From: Octopus vulgaris
Lineage: Eukaryota
DNA length: 64,000 nucleotides
Reading direction: 5' to 3'
NCBI GenBank assembly: GCA_951406725.2
Contig: OX597825.1
Coordinates: 6,696,001-6,760,000, forward strand
Part shown: one piece after another, positions 25,088-38,003 of the stretch
Position numbering within the stretch: position 1 is the first letter of the stretch
Layout: each line of letters begins with the position of its first letter
The notes under the pieces: model-generated
Databases searched by the model: none
The model's input: the letters and a program-made list of their open reading frames with translations, nothing else
What the model was told of the DNA's origin: nothing
Program-made: the position numbers and the translations under genes

Positions 25088-26210
25088 TCAGGTCATTCAG
25101 AACGAAATGTCTGATTTTGAACTGAAAGTTTATTATACTTTATCTCAACAAAAAGCAATGCAGTTAATCAAAGTATGCACCTAAATTATCAACACAGTTT
25201 TACCATTTTATCAGTAGCTTATTTATGCTGGCAGCGAAGAATTCTGGAGAGCAAGAGGTGATGGAATCACAAAAGGCTGTTTTTGCATCTTCTTTGGATT
25301 TGAAGTTTTTTCTTGCAAAAGGTTGTCTAATGCCTGGAAAACGTGATAGTCAGTTGGTGCAAGGTCTGGTGAATATGGTGGATGACAGAGTACGTTCAAG
25401 TTCAGTTCCTGTAACTTGAGTAGTGTTCTTTGTGCAACTTGTAGTCAGCATTGTCTTGCAAGAGGAATGGCCTGTCTATATTGACAAATCTCAGTTGGTT
25501 AATTACAAATTCACTCTCCATTTCAACCAACTGGTTGATGTATACATCCACTGTAATTGACTTACCAGGTCTTATGCAGTTGTAGAGGATGACACCAGCA
25601 CTGGACCACCAAACAGACACCTTTAGCTTTTTTGGTGAATATTCTTTTTTGGATTGTGTTTTGGCACTTTGTCTCTATCCAACCACCATGCAGAATGCTT
25701 GCTATTGTTGAAAAGAATATATTTTCCATCATACATAACAATATGATGCAAAAAAAATTTATGCCATGACCACAAAGAACAGCAAGTTTCAAGACGACGT
25801 ATATTTTCATTCTTGTTCAGTTCCTTTGGTACCCACTTGTCCAGCTTCTTTACCTTGCCGATTTGTTTCAGATGGTCCAATACAGTTGGAATCAAAACAT
25901 CAAACCTTGCTGCTAACTCACGCGTAGTTTGAGATGTATCCATCTCCACTACAGTTTTCAGCTCATCATTATCCACCTTGGTCTCAGGTCTAGCACAGGG
26001 CTGATTTTCAAGAGTAAAGTCACCAGACCGGAACTTCTTAAACCATCGACATACAGTGTGCTCATTCGGCACATCATCACCAAACACCTCATTGATGTTT
26101 CGAGCTGTCTGGGATGCATTGGTTCCATGACGGAACTCATATTCATAAACAACACAAATTTTGTATCTATCCATGGGTTCACAAAAAAGTGTGTGTATTC
26201 TTCATTAGAC
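25088..26210 (-). mobile_element. Mariner (Tc1/mariner) DNA transposon, 5' end truncated or obscured
   Basis: Carries a transposase remnant. A TIR-like end (TA|tcaggtcattcagaacgaaatgtc) lies at about 25088; no matching TIR is seen at the other end. Confidence 0.85.
25164..26174 (-). pseudogene. Frameshifted mariner transposase
   Basis: N-terminal HTH region (YEFRHG...TARNINEVFG...TVCRWFKKFRSGDF), WVPKEL (the WVPHEL motif), SVWW, LLQDNA, HPPYSPDLAPTDY and C-terminal GAYFD*, split across several frames. Confidence 0.93.
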
Positions 26211-26315
26211 ATCACATGATTGCTGTACTTGAGCATCATCATCATCATCATGTGAAGTTGGTTGTTTCCAGTCTTCTGCAAAACAATATGTCATCCTATG
26301 GAAAAATATTGCCTT

Positions 26316-26526
26316 AAGGTGGCAAACTGGCAAAATTGTTAGCACGCTAGGCAAAATGCTTAGTGGTATTTCGTCTGTCGTTATGTTCTGAGTTCAAATT
26401 CCACCGAGGTTGACATTGCCTTTCATTCTTTCGGGGTCGATAAATTAAGTACCAGTTACACACTGGGGTCGATATAATTGACTTAATCCTCTCGCACAAG
26501 CTGCCCTCATGGCAAAAATTTGAAAT
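26316..26526 (+). mobile_element. SINE-B
   Basis: Full family unit with an (ATT)n tail. Confidence 0.85.
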
Positions 26527-29224
26527 CATTATTATTATTATTATTACAACAATCATCATTATCAATCAGTTATGTCAAGATGTCAAACCTGTAGTATTTG
26601 ATGACTTAGCAGTCAGCTGACAGGACATAAATCAACGATATATTTATTTATTTATTGGTTTTTCCCAAATTTTAACTTAATTAGTGTAAATCTTCATAAG
26701 ACTGATTGTTTAAGAAGCACACTCCAGATTTTGTGTGCTGTTTCTGTTGATAAGTCGACCCAACAATTAATTTGTTATTTTTACAAAAGCCAGAACTACC
26801 TAGTGATTAACAAATTAAGAATTAATAGCATTAACTCTCTTTGGAAATGCTGACGTGGCATACTAATGAGGAATGGCTTTTCACAGATTATTTGTCAATG
26901 TTATACTCTACAAGAAAATGACAATTACCATCTTCATTTTTATCACCATTACCATTATGATTGGTGCTTTTACATGGCGCCCATATTTACAAATCAGTCT
27001 TGATTAGGAAATGATGGGGAATCTGTCATTTTGAAGTTTCATGGAATTCCTTCTTCCCTCTGTCACTCTTCATTTACCATTCCTGGAATTACTCTCAGCT
27101 TTCACTGATTTTACTTTGGTCATCTTCCATGTTGGCACCACAAGGACCTACAGACATACACGAACATACTGGACAACAGAAGGACTACAACACTATCATA
27201 CATTACCTCATCTAATACACGGCTGTGATCAGAGTTCATGTGGAGGGTTACTGTATATTTAATTTACTAGATCTGGAATTATATTTTATCATATATGGCT
27301 AACTCTACATTTGCCATAAGGTTTACTCAATCAGATATGAAATGTGGTTACATAATAACAATTGTAGATACACACTACTGTCCAAATCAGAATATTTCTT
27401 CGAATAACATCAATTTTTTTTTTCTGTTATACTGGGTGAAGTTCCAGCCATAATACATCAGGGAAAACATTTAGGCTTGGCCAGGGTTAACTGCTTTTGT
27501 GCCCCTTTTATCAAGGTTTAAGTGCTTAACAACTTTTGTGCTCCTTGTATATTTCTATGGCATTTGGAATGTCTAGGAATGAAATATATAATTCAACTGC
27601 ACCCAGTTAACCAAACTGATGAGAATAAGGTGGTGAAAATTGTAAGAAAGAAAAAAAAAAAAAACTTATTTATTTAAGCTAACTCTGAATAGCAATCTAT
27701 GTTCCTAGTAAGACCAAAGTTAGATGTTATTAATGAACTAATGTTATTAATGAACTAATGAACTAAAAGTAATTGTTGATCATCATCAGTAAAAGAGAGA
27801 GAGAAGGAAAGTTTCATTTAAAACATTTCTTCCGAATAAATGAAAAGTCTTATTAAAATTTATGTAACTAAAATTGACATAATTATAGGATGGAAAAACA
27901 GCAAAAAAAAACTCAAAACAACAAAAAAAAACTCTCTTAATTTCTGTTTTGTAGCCAGGTCATTGATTTTCTTCAAGTTAGTCGTGGTGTTGTTTTATTT
28001 TTCTTATTTTCTTCTATCGTTAATAATTCCATATCAAACTTGGAATTATTTACTAAAGAAAACATAGGTGGAGAGAAAGATTATTATTTGTTTTGCTTTT
28101 CTTTTCAACGTCAGTTTTTTTTAAATATTTTTAAATATTTTTTAATATTTAAAAAAAAAATTCTCTTTTGAAACTTCTCAAAGTTAATATTTTGCTAAGC
28201 TAGACTGTTTGAATTAAGCATACAATGATTAGAACACTGTTTTTCAGGTTTCTTTTGTATTATTTTGATTTTTGAAATTCTCGTTTGTTTTTTATTTTTC
28301 CTCTTTTCCTTTTTCTTCTTCTGTCGCTCTTTCTTTCCTTCCTCTTTCCCACACCTTCTTTATCTCTGTCTCTCCCTCTTTCTCTCTCATTATCAACTGT
28401 AATTATTATGAATTACTTCAAAAGTCGATATAATTGAGAACTTTTATAAGTTCTAACCATTTTGCTTCATTCTTGATTGGGTCACCAGAAGAAGAAGAAG
28501 AAGATGAGGCAGTGCATTAAAAGGTTAGAATCTTCAATTATACAGACATTATTAATTTTTTGTTACATCACATATGAGTGAAGATGCTGCTACTAATAAT
28601 GCACTCGTTAATTCTGGAGGCAGTTGTTGAAACAACAGCTACACATCATAATCATTAGATTTCTATCAACTTATAAAAATAAAATCTACATTTTTGGTAC
28701 TTCTTTTGATATATTCCTTTCAAACTAGAAGTTTATCTCTTTGTCTCCAATATTTTCGACTTGTAAGCACCATCTGAACACCAACATTTAAGTGGCTTCT
28801 ACTTCAGGAACAAATTTAGTAAAATATCCCTGTAAAATGTCTAGTTATGCTTCACAAAACAAGATTTTTCAAAATATTTTCTCTCAATAAAAAGCTTTTC
28901 CTAATCACACTGTGCAAACCAAATTCAGTTTCCAGATTCCAGTTCCTGTTTTTGTATCTTAACTGCCTCAATTTAGTAACCATTATGAGTTGAAAAAATT
29001 TCTCTTCGAAATGGTAGTTTATGAATATGTGTTTCCTTGATGAGAACAATAAGTACAAAAATAAGAAAAAAAAGACATACTACCAAGGAATGAATTTAGA
29101 AAAACAGAAACCTGTTAAAACAAATCTACAATTTCTGGATATTTGAGTGAGGTGTGCTGCTCACATATCTCAAAAATGTTTTTTGGACAATTGTTAATAT
29201 TGGTTTTGGATTAAATAGGGAAGA

Positions 29225-29494
29225 TCTGTATGTTATTGTTATACTTGGGGGTGGTCATACTTTACCAATTAAACACATAAACTATATATTTAGTCTTTAC
29301 TTAAGCTTTATTATCATTATTCTTCTTCTTTTTCTTCTTCTTCTTATTATTTCTAATTTCTTTGTCAAAGCTCTTTCAACACACCTCCTGTGACCTCTTC
29401 AGCAACTCTTTATTCCACATGTCTCCTCATGCTCTGTTTAAGCCATTTTGACAAGTGCTTTGACAAAGAAACAAATAATAATAATAATAATAAC

Positions 29495-29533
<39 letters not shown>

Positions 29534-29608
29534 GCTGAAGTGAAGACTAAATATATAGTGTGTGTATTTAATTGGCAACAGATAATCATTCCCAAGTATA
29601 AAAATATC
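29225..29608. mobile_element. Foldback/MITE-like element with long imperfect inverted arms
   Basis: About 29225-29378 is the reverse complement of about 29448-29608. A partial copy lies at about 12785-12910. Confidence 0.6.
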
Positions 29609-29914
29609 TGTCTTAACACATGATTCCACATCAAGAATCTTACAAAAACAAATACATAAATGTAACTTGTATGCTGTTTCTTTCTTGGAAGACCATTTTT
29701 GCAACAACAGACATTTATGGCTTTTCACAGAACTTTTCACAGAGAACAACTTCTTTCTGCAAAAAGTTATCTCACACTTAGATTTGTCTGTGTAGTGAGG
29801 CAAAATTCTGTTACAGAGTTTAACAGACAAACGATGTGGTTTAAACTTATTCTTTTACTAGTTGCAGTGAATTTGGTCTGCAGCCATACTTGGGCAGAGC
29901 CTTCAAGTATCTTA

Positions 29915-30162
29915 GTCTGGTTCCTGTGCAGGTGGCACGTAAAAAGCACCATTTGGACGTGGCCGTTGCCAGTACCACCAAACTGGCCCTCGTGCCGGTG
30001 GCATGTTAAAGCACCTACTACACTCTCGGAGTGGTTGGTGTTAGGAAGAGCATACAGCTGTAGAAACACTGCTAGATCAGATTGGAGTCTGGTTCGCCAG
30101 ATCTCAGTCAAATCGTCCAACCCATGCTAGCATGGAAAGCAGACGTTAAATGATGATGATGA
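29915..30162 (+). mobile_element. RTE-like 3' end
   Basis: Family motifs and (GAT)n tail. Confidence 0.8.
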
Positions 30163-31091
30163 TATATATATATATATATATGTATGTATATATACACCCA
30201 CTTGTGTGCATATGCACACACACACACATATATGAACATTTATATATATATTGGGTTCCGGCAAATTTGTTTATCAAATTTCATTCATAAGTTATTGGTC
30301 AAACTGAGACAATAGCCGACAGCCACAGACATTTCTTCAGAGTGCTGCCCAGTAAGATTAAATACAAAACCATGTTTACAAAATGAAGTCCTTAACCACA
30401 GTCACGCTTGATTTAAATTAAAAAATATTGGCTTTCTATTTCATTCGTCCTCTTTTCAAACACCATTGTATTTTCACATGAGTAACCATAATTATTGAAA
30501 CGGCAATTATCGAAGAGAAAAGCCAACATTTGCCACAATTAAAGGTTCATTTCCCACCAAGTCTCATTTAAACCATCTAATTAACCAATCAATATTTCTA
30601 ACCTCCAACCATTTTAATAAAAAAAAAAGATATCTTAATGATACAAACCTACAATTTAAAATGCTAATAAGTTTAGAGTTAACACAATAATCCTTGTCAT
30701 ACTTAAATAGCTATTTCACTACCGTTTGAGCCATTGATGTAGATTTTTACAACAGTTGCTGCAGAGAGCCAGAGATCATTTCTGATTCACGCCTCTCAGT
30801 CATTAAAAAGTGGCTTCCACAATTATTTCACAATCCATCATTGGACATTTCTATTTATTTATTCCACCTACTTCCAGTAAACAACATCAACCAGGGCAAT
30901 TGCTAAACAATGCCCTCATCATCGATAAAGGATTGTGTTTAATGCAGCTAATTTTTTACAAAACCAAGAACAACAGGAATGATTAGAAAATAAAATTGGC
31001 AGACTTTCACGACTTTTATTCACAAAACAAAATATTTACTTTGGCAAAGAAACATCTAATCATCTTATGGCTCACTTTATTTCACTCTCTC

Positions 31092-31130
<39 letters not shown>

Positions 31131-31624
31131 TATAATTAGACATACACACACACAGACAAACATATATATCCATCTATGTACCTCACACAGAAATGTACAG
31201 AAAGATATACATTACACATATATCCACATATCCACACACAAATATACACAAACACAGTATACTTATATTAAACACATAGAAAATAAAAGTTAGATTATAC
31301 ACATACATACACATTCAGTTTACATATATACACACAAGTGATAATACACGTACAAACCCATAAACAGACACACAATTAAAGTCCCAGAAATACATGCAAG
31401 TACAAATAGAAGAACACAATATGCTTATAGCATGTGTTCATTTGAATGTATAGATACATGAAACACATTCATGAATAATGCATTCACATCCAAGCACAAA
31501 GTTCCTAATCATATTATAAATCACACCCACGCACTCATTTAAAAATGTGTGCATGAATACATATAAATATATATATATATATGCATATAAATGAATATGT
31601 ACACACACACATGCATCTATATTA

Positions 31625-31657
<33 letters not shown>

Positions 31658-31903
31658 TCTGCATATAAATATATATAGATATGTATAGATATGCATATAA
31701 ATATATATATATGTGTATATATATACGTATATAAATGTATATATATAGATACGCATATAAATCTATATATATAAATATGCATATAAATGTATATATATAT
31801 AGAGATTTGCATACAGATGTGTATATACATACATAGATACGCATATAAATGTAAATATAGATATGCATATAAATGTTTATACATACAGATATCCTCATAT
31901 CAA

Positions 31904-31944
<41 letters not shown>

Positions 31945-32204
31945 CAAGAATAGTGCATATGAGCCAAAACAAACTCTTGGCTTTATAAATGCTTTTTAAA
32001 AATTCGTTATCTTATGTTATATTTTTTCTATTGTAACATAAATAAATTTTTAGTTTGTCAATTGTACTTCCCTATTTCATATTTGTATATTGCAATTATA
32101 CCCTTTTGTCTGTGGTATTCAACTGTTGTACCAGTGAGAATCGGATGTTTTACATCCCTTTGAAGGAACCGGTTTTTTCCTTCGAATGTTTTATTATATG
32201 GAGG

Positions 32205-32513
32205 CTGATAGAATAAGTACTAGCCTTACAAAGAATAGGCCCTGGGGTTGATTTGCTCGACTAAAGGCAGTGCTCCAGCATGGCCACAGTCAAATGTTTG
32301 AAACAAGAAAAAGAATAAAAGCATACATACATATGTATATATACATATATATGTACCGGGAGTGGCTGTGTGGTAAGAAGTTTGCTTCCTAACCACATGG
32401 TTCCGGGTTCAGTCCCACCGTGTGGCAACTTGGGCAAGTGTCTTCTACTATAACCTCGGGCTGACCAAAGCCTTGGGAGTGAATTTGGTAGATGGAAACT
32501 GAAAGAAGCCTGT

Positions 32514-32567
<54 letters not shown>

Positions 32568-32683
32568 ATGTTGGTGTGTTTATGTCCCCATAACTTAGCA
32601 GTTTGGCAAAAAGTTTGTTCAACTAAAGGCAATGCTCCAGCATGGCTGCAGTCAAATGACAAACAAATAGAAGAATAAAAGAA
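32205..32683 (+). mobile_element. SINE-A 3' fragment followed by a SINE-A copy (32358-32683)
   Basis: Family motifs. Confidence 0.82.
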
Positions 32684-32705
32684 TATGTATATAAATATAC
32701 ATATC

Positions 32706-33045
32706 CAGCTCCAGGACTATGGCCATGCTGGGGCACTACCAAATGGCATTGCTGCACCTTCATCAATTCTCCTTTAATAGCTTCCTGCCATGAAGTGGAC
32801 TCACCCGGGGGACCCTCAATAGCAGGAGAACTAGTTTAGTTTTGAAGACATCATCATCCCCAACATGTAGGTCCCTTGTCTCTTTTGGGAGGATACTGAA
32901 GAGCTGTGGGCTGTTGTTTCTCAAGATATTGCAGTATTTGGTCCTGTAGTTTGACAATAGGGGAGGCACAATGCAATGGCACCGGTGTTAGGATTTGTAT
33001 AAGTTTCAATGCCAAGGTTTCAGACAAACCCTTCCAGCATAAAAT
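32706..33045 (-). mobile_element. CR1/L2-group LINE 3' fragment
   Basis: Translation PQLFSILPKETRDLH..VFKTKLVLLL is homologous to the 22.9-23.2 kb copy. Confidence 0.7.
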
Positions 33046-33050
33046 TATAT

Positions 33051-33081
<31 letters not shown>

Positions 33082-33292
33082 AGTATATGGATATGTGTGT
33101 GTGTGTGTGTGTGTGTATGCATGCACCTCATTTGCACTTGGTTTGCAAGATTATTCATGTGTATTAGTGTGTTGAAAGAAATCTTGTTGTGTCTTGGGAA
33201 GGTCATTATGCTAATAATAATAAAGACACAGCGCATGTATTTATTATTGTCAGTGTAACAACCTTTTAAAGACACAACAACACACATATATA

Positions 33293-33330
<38 letters not shown>

Positions 33331-33332
<2 letters not shown>

Positions 33333-33564
33333 CTCTCTTTTTACTCTTTTACTCTTTTACTTGTTTCAGTCATTTGACTGCGGCCATGCTGGAGCACCGC
33401 CTTTAGTCGAGCAAATCGACCCCGGGACTTATTCTTTTTTTGTAAGCCCAGTACTTATTCTATCGGTCTCTTTTTGCCGAACCGCTAAGTGACGGGGACG
33501 TAAACACACTAGCATCGGTTGTCAAGCAATGCTAGGGGGGACAAACACAGACACACAAACCCAT

Positions 33565-33595
<31 letters not shown>

Positions 33596-33768
33596 CATAT
33601 ATACGACAGGCTTCTTTCAGTTTCCGTCTACCAAATCCACTCACAAGGCTTTGGTCGGCCCGAGGCTATAGCAGAAGACACTTGCCCAAGGTACCACGCA
33701 GTGGGACTGAACCCGGAACCATGTGGTTGGTTAGCAAGCTACTTACCACACAGCCACTCCTGCGCCTA
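33331..33768 (-). mobile_element. SINE-A, full-length and young (CpG-rich)
   Basis: Head ggcgcaggagtggctgtgtggtaag...gggttcagtcc and tail (gtaaaaga)n. Confidence 0.9.
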
Positions 33769-34015
33769 TATATATATATACATTTACATATATATATATG
33801 TATATAAATACATATACAAATATACCTATATATGTGTTGGGCCACTGAACTCAACACGTTTGTTTTTTTCCATTCTCTCTCTGTTTATTTCCTCTTACTC
33901 CTTTCTGCTGAAGGATCGAAACATAAATGACTTTTCCATTTCTCCCGAGAATCAAACAAATACACTTACTTGTTGCTCCTACACCTGTCTTCGTCTTTGT
34001 TTTTCTATAAATCCG

Positions 34016-34066
<51 letters not shown>

Positions 34067-34236
34067 TATATGTACACACAAGGCCTGAGAGTTTCATACG
34101 AGAGCACTTATCAAGCTTATATATATGTATATGAATACGCACACACACACACACAAACATAAATATATATCCTGTAACTGGTAGCATTGTAGCAAAATTT
34201 GAACACATTATTGTTATTATTATTGTTATTATTACT

Positions 34237-35160
34237 AAGGCAGTGAGCTGGCAGAATCGTTAGCACACTGAGTAAAATGCTTTGTGGCTCTTCATCTGTC
34301 TGTATGTTCTGTGTAGAAATTCTGTTGAGGTCAGCTTTGCCTTTCATCCTTTCAAGGTCGATAAATTAAGTACCAGTGAAACACTGGGGTCGATGTAATT
34401 GACTGGTCCTCTTCCTCACAAAATTCCAGGCTTGTGCTTTAAGCAGAAAGGATTATTATTACCTTCGCGTCAGCGAAGGCGGAGCTATTGTTTTCAGTTG
34501 TGTTTGTTTGTTTGTCTGTCTATGGACAAGATATCTCAAGAACCACTGGATGGATTCTGATGAAATCTTCAGCGATGCTTGACCTTGTGACTGGCACAAA
34601 CTTATTAGACTTTGGCATTGATCTGGTACCAGACAAAGATTCTGGATTATTTTTCTGTTTTTTTTTTTTTTACTTAATTTTTGAGAGCAATCAGGTTCAT
34701 TTTTAGTATTCTCTTTTGTGAGAGCAGTTAAGTTTATTTCAGATATTGTCATTTTAAAAATCATCTCTGGCTAATCATTGAGAGGAGGTTGCCTTGACGG
34801 AGGTTTGTACTCACTGAGTGCTCCTGTTGTTGTTATTATTATTATTATTATTATTAAGGTGGGGAGCTGGCAAAATTGTTAGTATGCTGGATGAAATGCT
34901 TAGCGGTATTTTGCCCATCACTGCGTTCTGAGTACAAACTGATTAAATAAACACCAGTTACAGACTGGGGTTGATGAAACTGACTTAATTCCCTTCTCCC
35001 AAATTTCAGGCCTTGTGCCTACAGTAGAAAGAACTATTATTATTATTATTATTATTATTATCATCATTATTATTATATATGGCAGCAAGTGGGTAGAATC
35101 ATTAGAATGCCAGACAAAATGCATAATGGCATTTCATTTGTCTTTAGATTCTGAGTTCAA
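34237..35160 (+). mobile_element. SINE-B cluster (about 34237-34455, 34856-35032, 35080-35160) around a Helentron-like insertion
   Basis: Family motifs. Confidence 0.78.
34456..34830 (+). mobile_element. Helentron-associated (DINE-1/HINE-like) non-autonomous element
   Basis: 5' ttattaccttcgc..gcgaaggcggag subterminal inverted repeat, (GTTT/GTCT)n tract, 3' ccttgacggaggt plus a short hairpin, in a T-rich site. Confidence 0.65.
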
Positions 35161-35181
35161 ATGTGAGTGTGTGTGTGTGTG

Positions 35182-35239
<58 letters not shown>

Positions 35240-35416
35240 TACATATATATATATGTTTTCGTTTCTCATTGTGTTCAACGTTTTTTTGATGTCCTGTAAC
35301 CATATATGCATGTATATATTCATATATATGTAGGTATGTACATATATGTATGTATATATGCATATATTTGTTATTTATATATATATACGTATATATATAT
35401 ATATATGTACATATAT

Positions 35417-35458
<42 letters not shown>

Positions 35459-36745
35459 GTGTATGTATGTGTGTGTATGTATATATATATATTCATCTAC
35501 ATATATATATATATATATATATATATACATGCATATAAAAATACATTCACATAGACGTATATATACACATATGTGTATATTTGTGTAAGTATATATATAT
35601 ATATATATAAATATATACTCACTCACACACACACACCTACAAGAATGTATCTTCGTACTTTCATACATATATATATATACACACGGGCATGCACACAGAC
35701 ACATATCCATACAGATATTCTAGAAAAACATTTACACACACACATGCACAGAAATCTATGCACATCACAAATATATTCAGCCACTTATATGGAGTGTGAG
35801 CACATAAACACACATCCGACACACACATTAATAAACATTCAAACACTACGCACACACACACGCCCACACATGCACCCCCCCCACACACACACACCAGGCA
35901 CATGCGTATGCAAGCCAATAAACATCTCATATGAATATGAAAAGCTAACTTCAATAATGGTATCCATCAATATTCCTGTTAGATTTTCCGAGAAAGAAAA
36001 ATACAAGAAGACAACACAAAAGATTAATCTGAATCCAATTGTGCACATTGAAGAGCAATTTATCAAATCTAATTTACTAAATTTGATCATCGATTTGGTT
36101 TAGGTTATTTTCAGGGTAGATGTGGAGGTGGGTAGGGATGGAGCGCTGGTTTAGCTTTTGCTCTGTTGCATTATTGTACTTGAAAATTGGTATTTTCATT
36201 AGGAACTTTCTGCAGGGAATTTGCTGTTGCTGGCTCTGATGGTGTTGCAATTTATCTTTTGTATTGACATAGTTATTTTCAGCTTTTAAATGTACTTTTA
36301 GGGGGGGAAAAAAAGCTAAAAAAAACTAAGAAACAGCAAACAAGGAAAGCTGTAAATTACAATGACAATTTTTTTCATTGCTTTTGTTATTATTTTTACA
36401 GTTTGCAGGGAGGGGGTGTATGTTTTGTTTTGTTTTGGTAACTGTTGCGGGTTTTTAAAAAAAATCACACACAGATGTTATGATTGAGCTATTTTAACCA
36501 TTCTGTTTCATCACCAGAAGCATTATTGTTCAGCTTTAAGCCGGAATATTTATTCATTCCCTGTTAGAGCAACACCTTTTCTACTTCAGTTGCTAAACTC
36601 CAGCTTATCAAGTCTCCAAAGTTGACAGCTTCTGTAGCGTGACAACAAGCAAATGTTATTTATTTCCAAGTAAGTCTGGATTATGTAAACCAATCATTAA
36701 ATACACTCCAGTAACCTGTTTCTCACACAGGGATACCCACATTTT

Positions 36746-37305
36746 GCACATGATTGTGTGGTAAGAAGCTTGCTTCCCAATCACATGGTTCTGGGTTCAG
36801 TTCCACTGCATGGCACTTTGGGCAAGTGCCTTCTATTATAGCCTCGGGAAGACCAAATCCTTGTGAATGGTTAGGTAGATGGAAACTGAAAGAAGCCCAT
36901 TGTATATGCAAGTGTTTGTGTTTGTGTGTTTGTCCCCCAGTACTGCTTGAAAACTGGTGTTGGTGTGTTTATATTCTTGTATCTCAGTGGTTTGGTAAAA
37001 GAGACTGATAAAATAAGTACAAGGATTAGCAAAAAGTAAGTACTGAATTCGATTCATTCAACTAAACATTCCTCAAAGTAATGCTCCAACATGGCCACAA
37101 TCTGATGACTGAAGCAAGTAAAAGATAAAAGATGAGAGATTCTGGTTACGGAATTTTGCACAGGTACAACTCATTTTTGTCAGCTGAATGTACTGGAGCA
37201 ATGTGAAGTAAAGTGTCTTGCTCAAGGCAACAATGATCCTCAGGGAATCGAACTCCTGGCCTTACAATCCTGAGCTGAACACCCTAACCCCTAAGCTATG
37301 TGCAA
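36746..37305. mobile_element. SINE-A (+, 36746-37132) and SINE-D head fragment (-, about 37170-37305)
   Basis: Family motifs. Confidence 0.75.
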
Positions 37306-37794
37306 TACAGAAAACAAAGAAAAACATGAGGCAATTAGCTCAAGCAGCCATCCTATTAACTGCTTGAATATTATTTATTTTATAGATCATACATGATGGT
37401 TAGAACTTGGTGCTTCCTCAGTAGACTGATGAACGGAATGGACATAAAGTATCAATAAATATGATGGACATTCCAGTAAAAGTTATTCTTATTTTACTTC
37501 GTTTTTGTATTTTTATTTATTCCCTAATGAATTCCACTTCAAATGGTTTTTATATATTTACTGTACTGTATGTACTTAAAAATCATTATTTTTATGCTTA
37601 AAAGCGGTTGTACGACTTGGTTTTTTTTCTTTTTCCTGATAAATTCCATAGGAATGTTCCAGTTTAAAACAAGGAAGTGAACAGGAAATAAATTTCCTGT
37701 TATAGAATTGAACATTATTACAAAGCTTTCAGAAATCCAACTCTTCCGTAACATGACTGCTTCACTGCCAATATTGTCTTAGATACTAAAGCAA

Positions 37795-38003
37795 TGAGCA
37801 GGGAGAAGCGTTACCATGGTGGGTAAACTGCTCGGTAGCACTTCATCTGTCTTTATGTTCAAGGTTCAAATTCCACTGAGGTTGACTTTGCTGTGTATCC
37901 TTTTGAAGCTCCTAAAATAAGTACCAGCTGAGCACTGGAATTGATGTAATTGACTTATTCCCTGCCCCAGACGTGGTGGCTTTGTGCCAAAATTTGAAAC
38001 CAA
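37795..38003 (+). mobile_element. Diverged SINE-B
   Basis: ggttcaaattccactgaggttgactttgc..gtgccaaaatttgaaacc. Confidence 0.72.

Noticed and set aside
28020-28080. Strong minus-strand acceptors here and at about 6956, 15651 and 42102
   Set aside because: No matching donor, and phase-1 reading reaches a stop without a recognisable peptide, so they cannot be supported as exons.
33690-33768. tRNA-like sequences at SINE heads
   Set aside because: They have A/B boxes but no complete cloverleaf and are attached to SINE bodies, so they are not tRNA genes.
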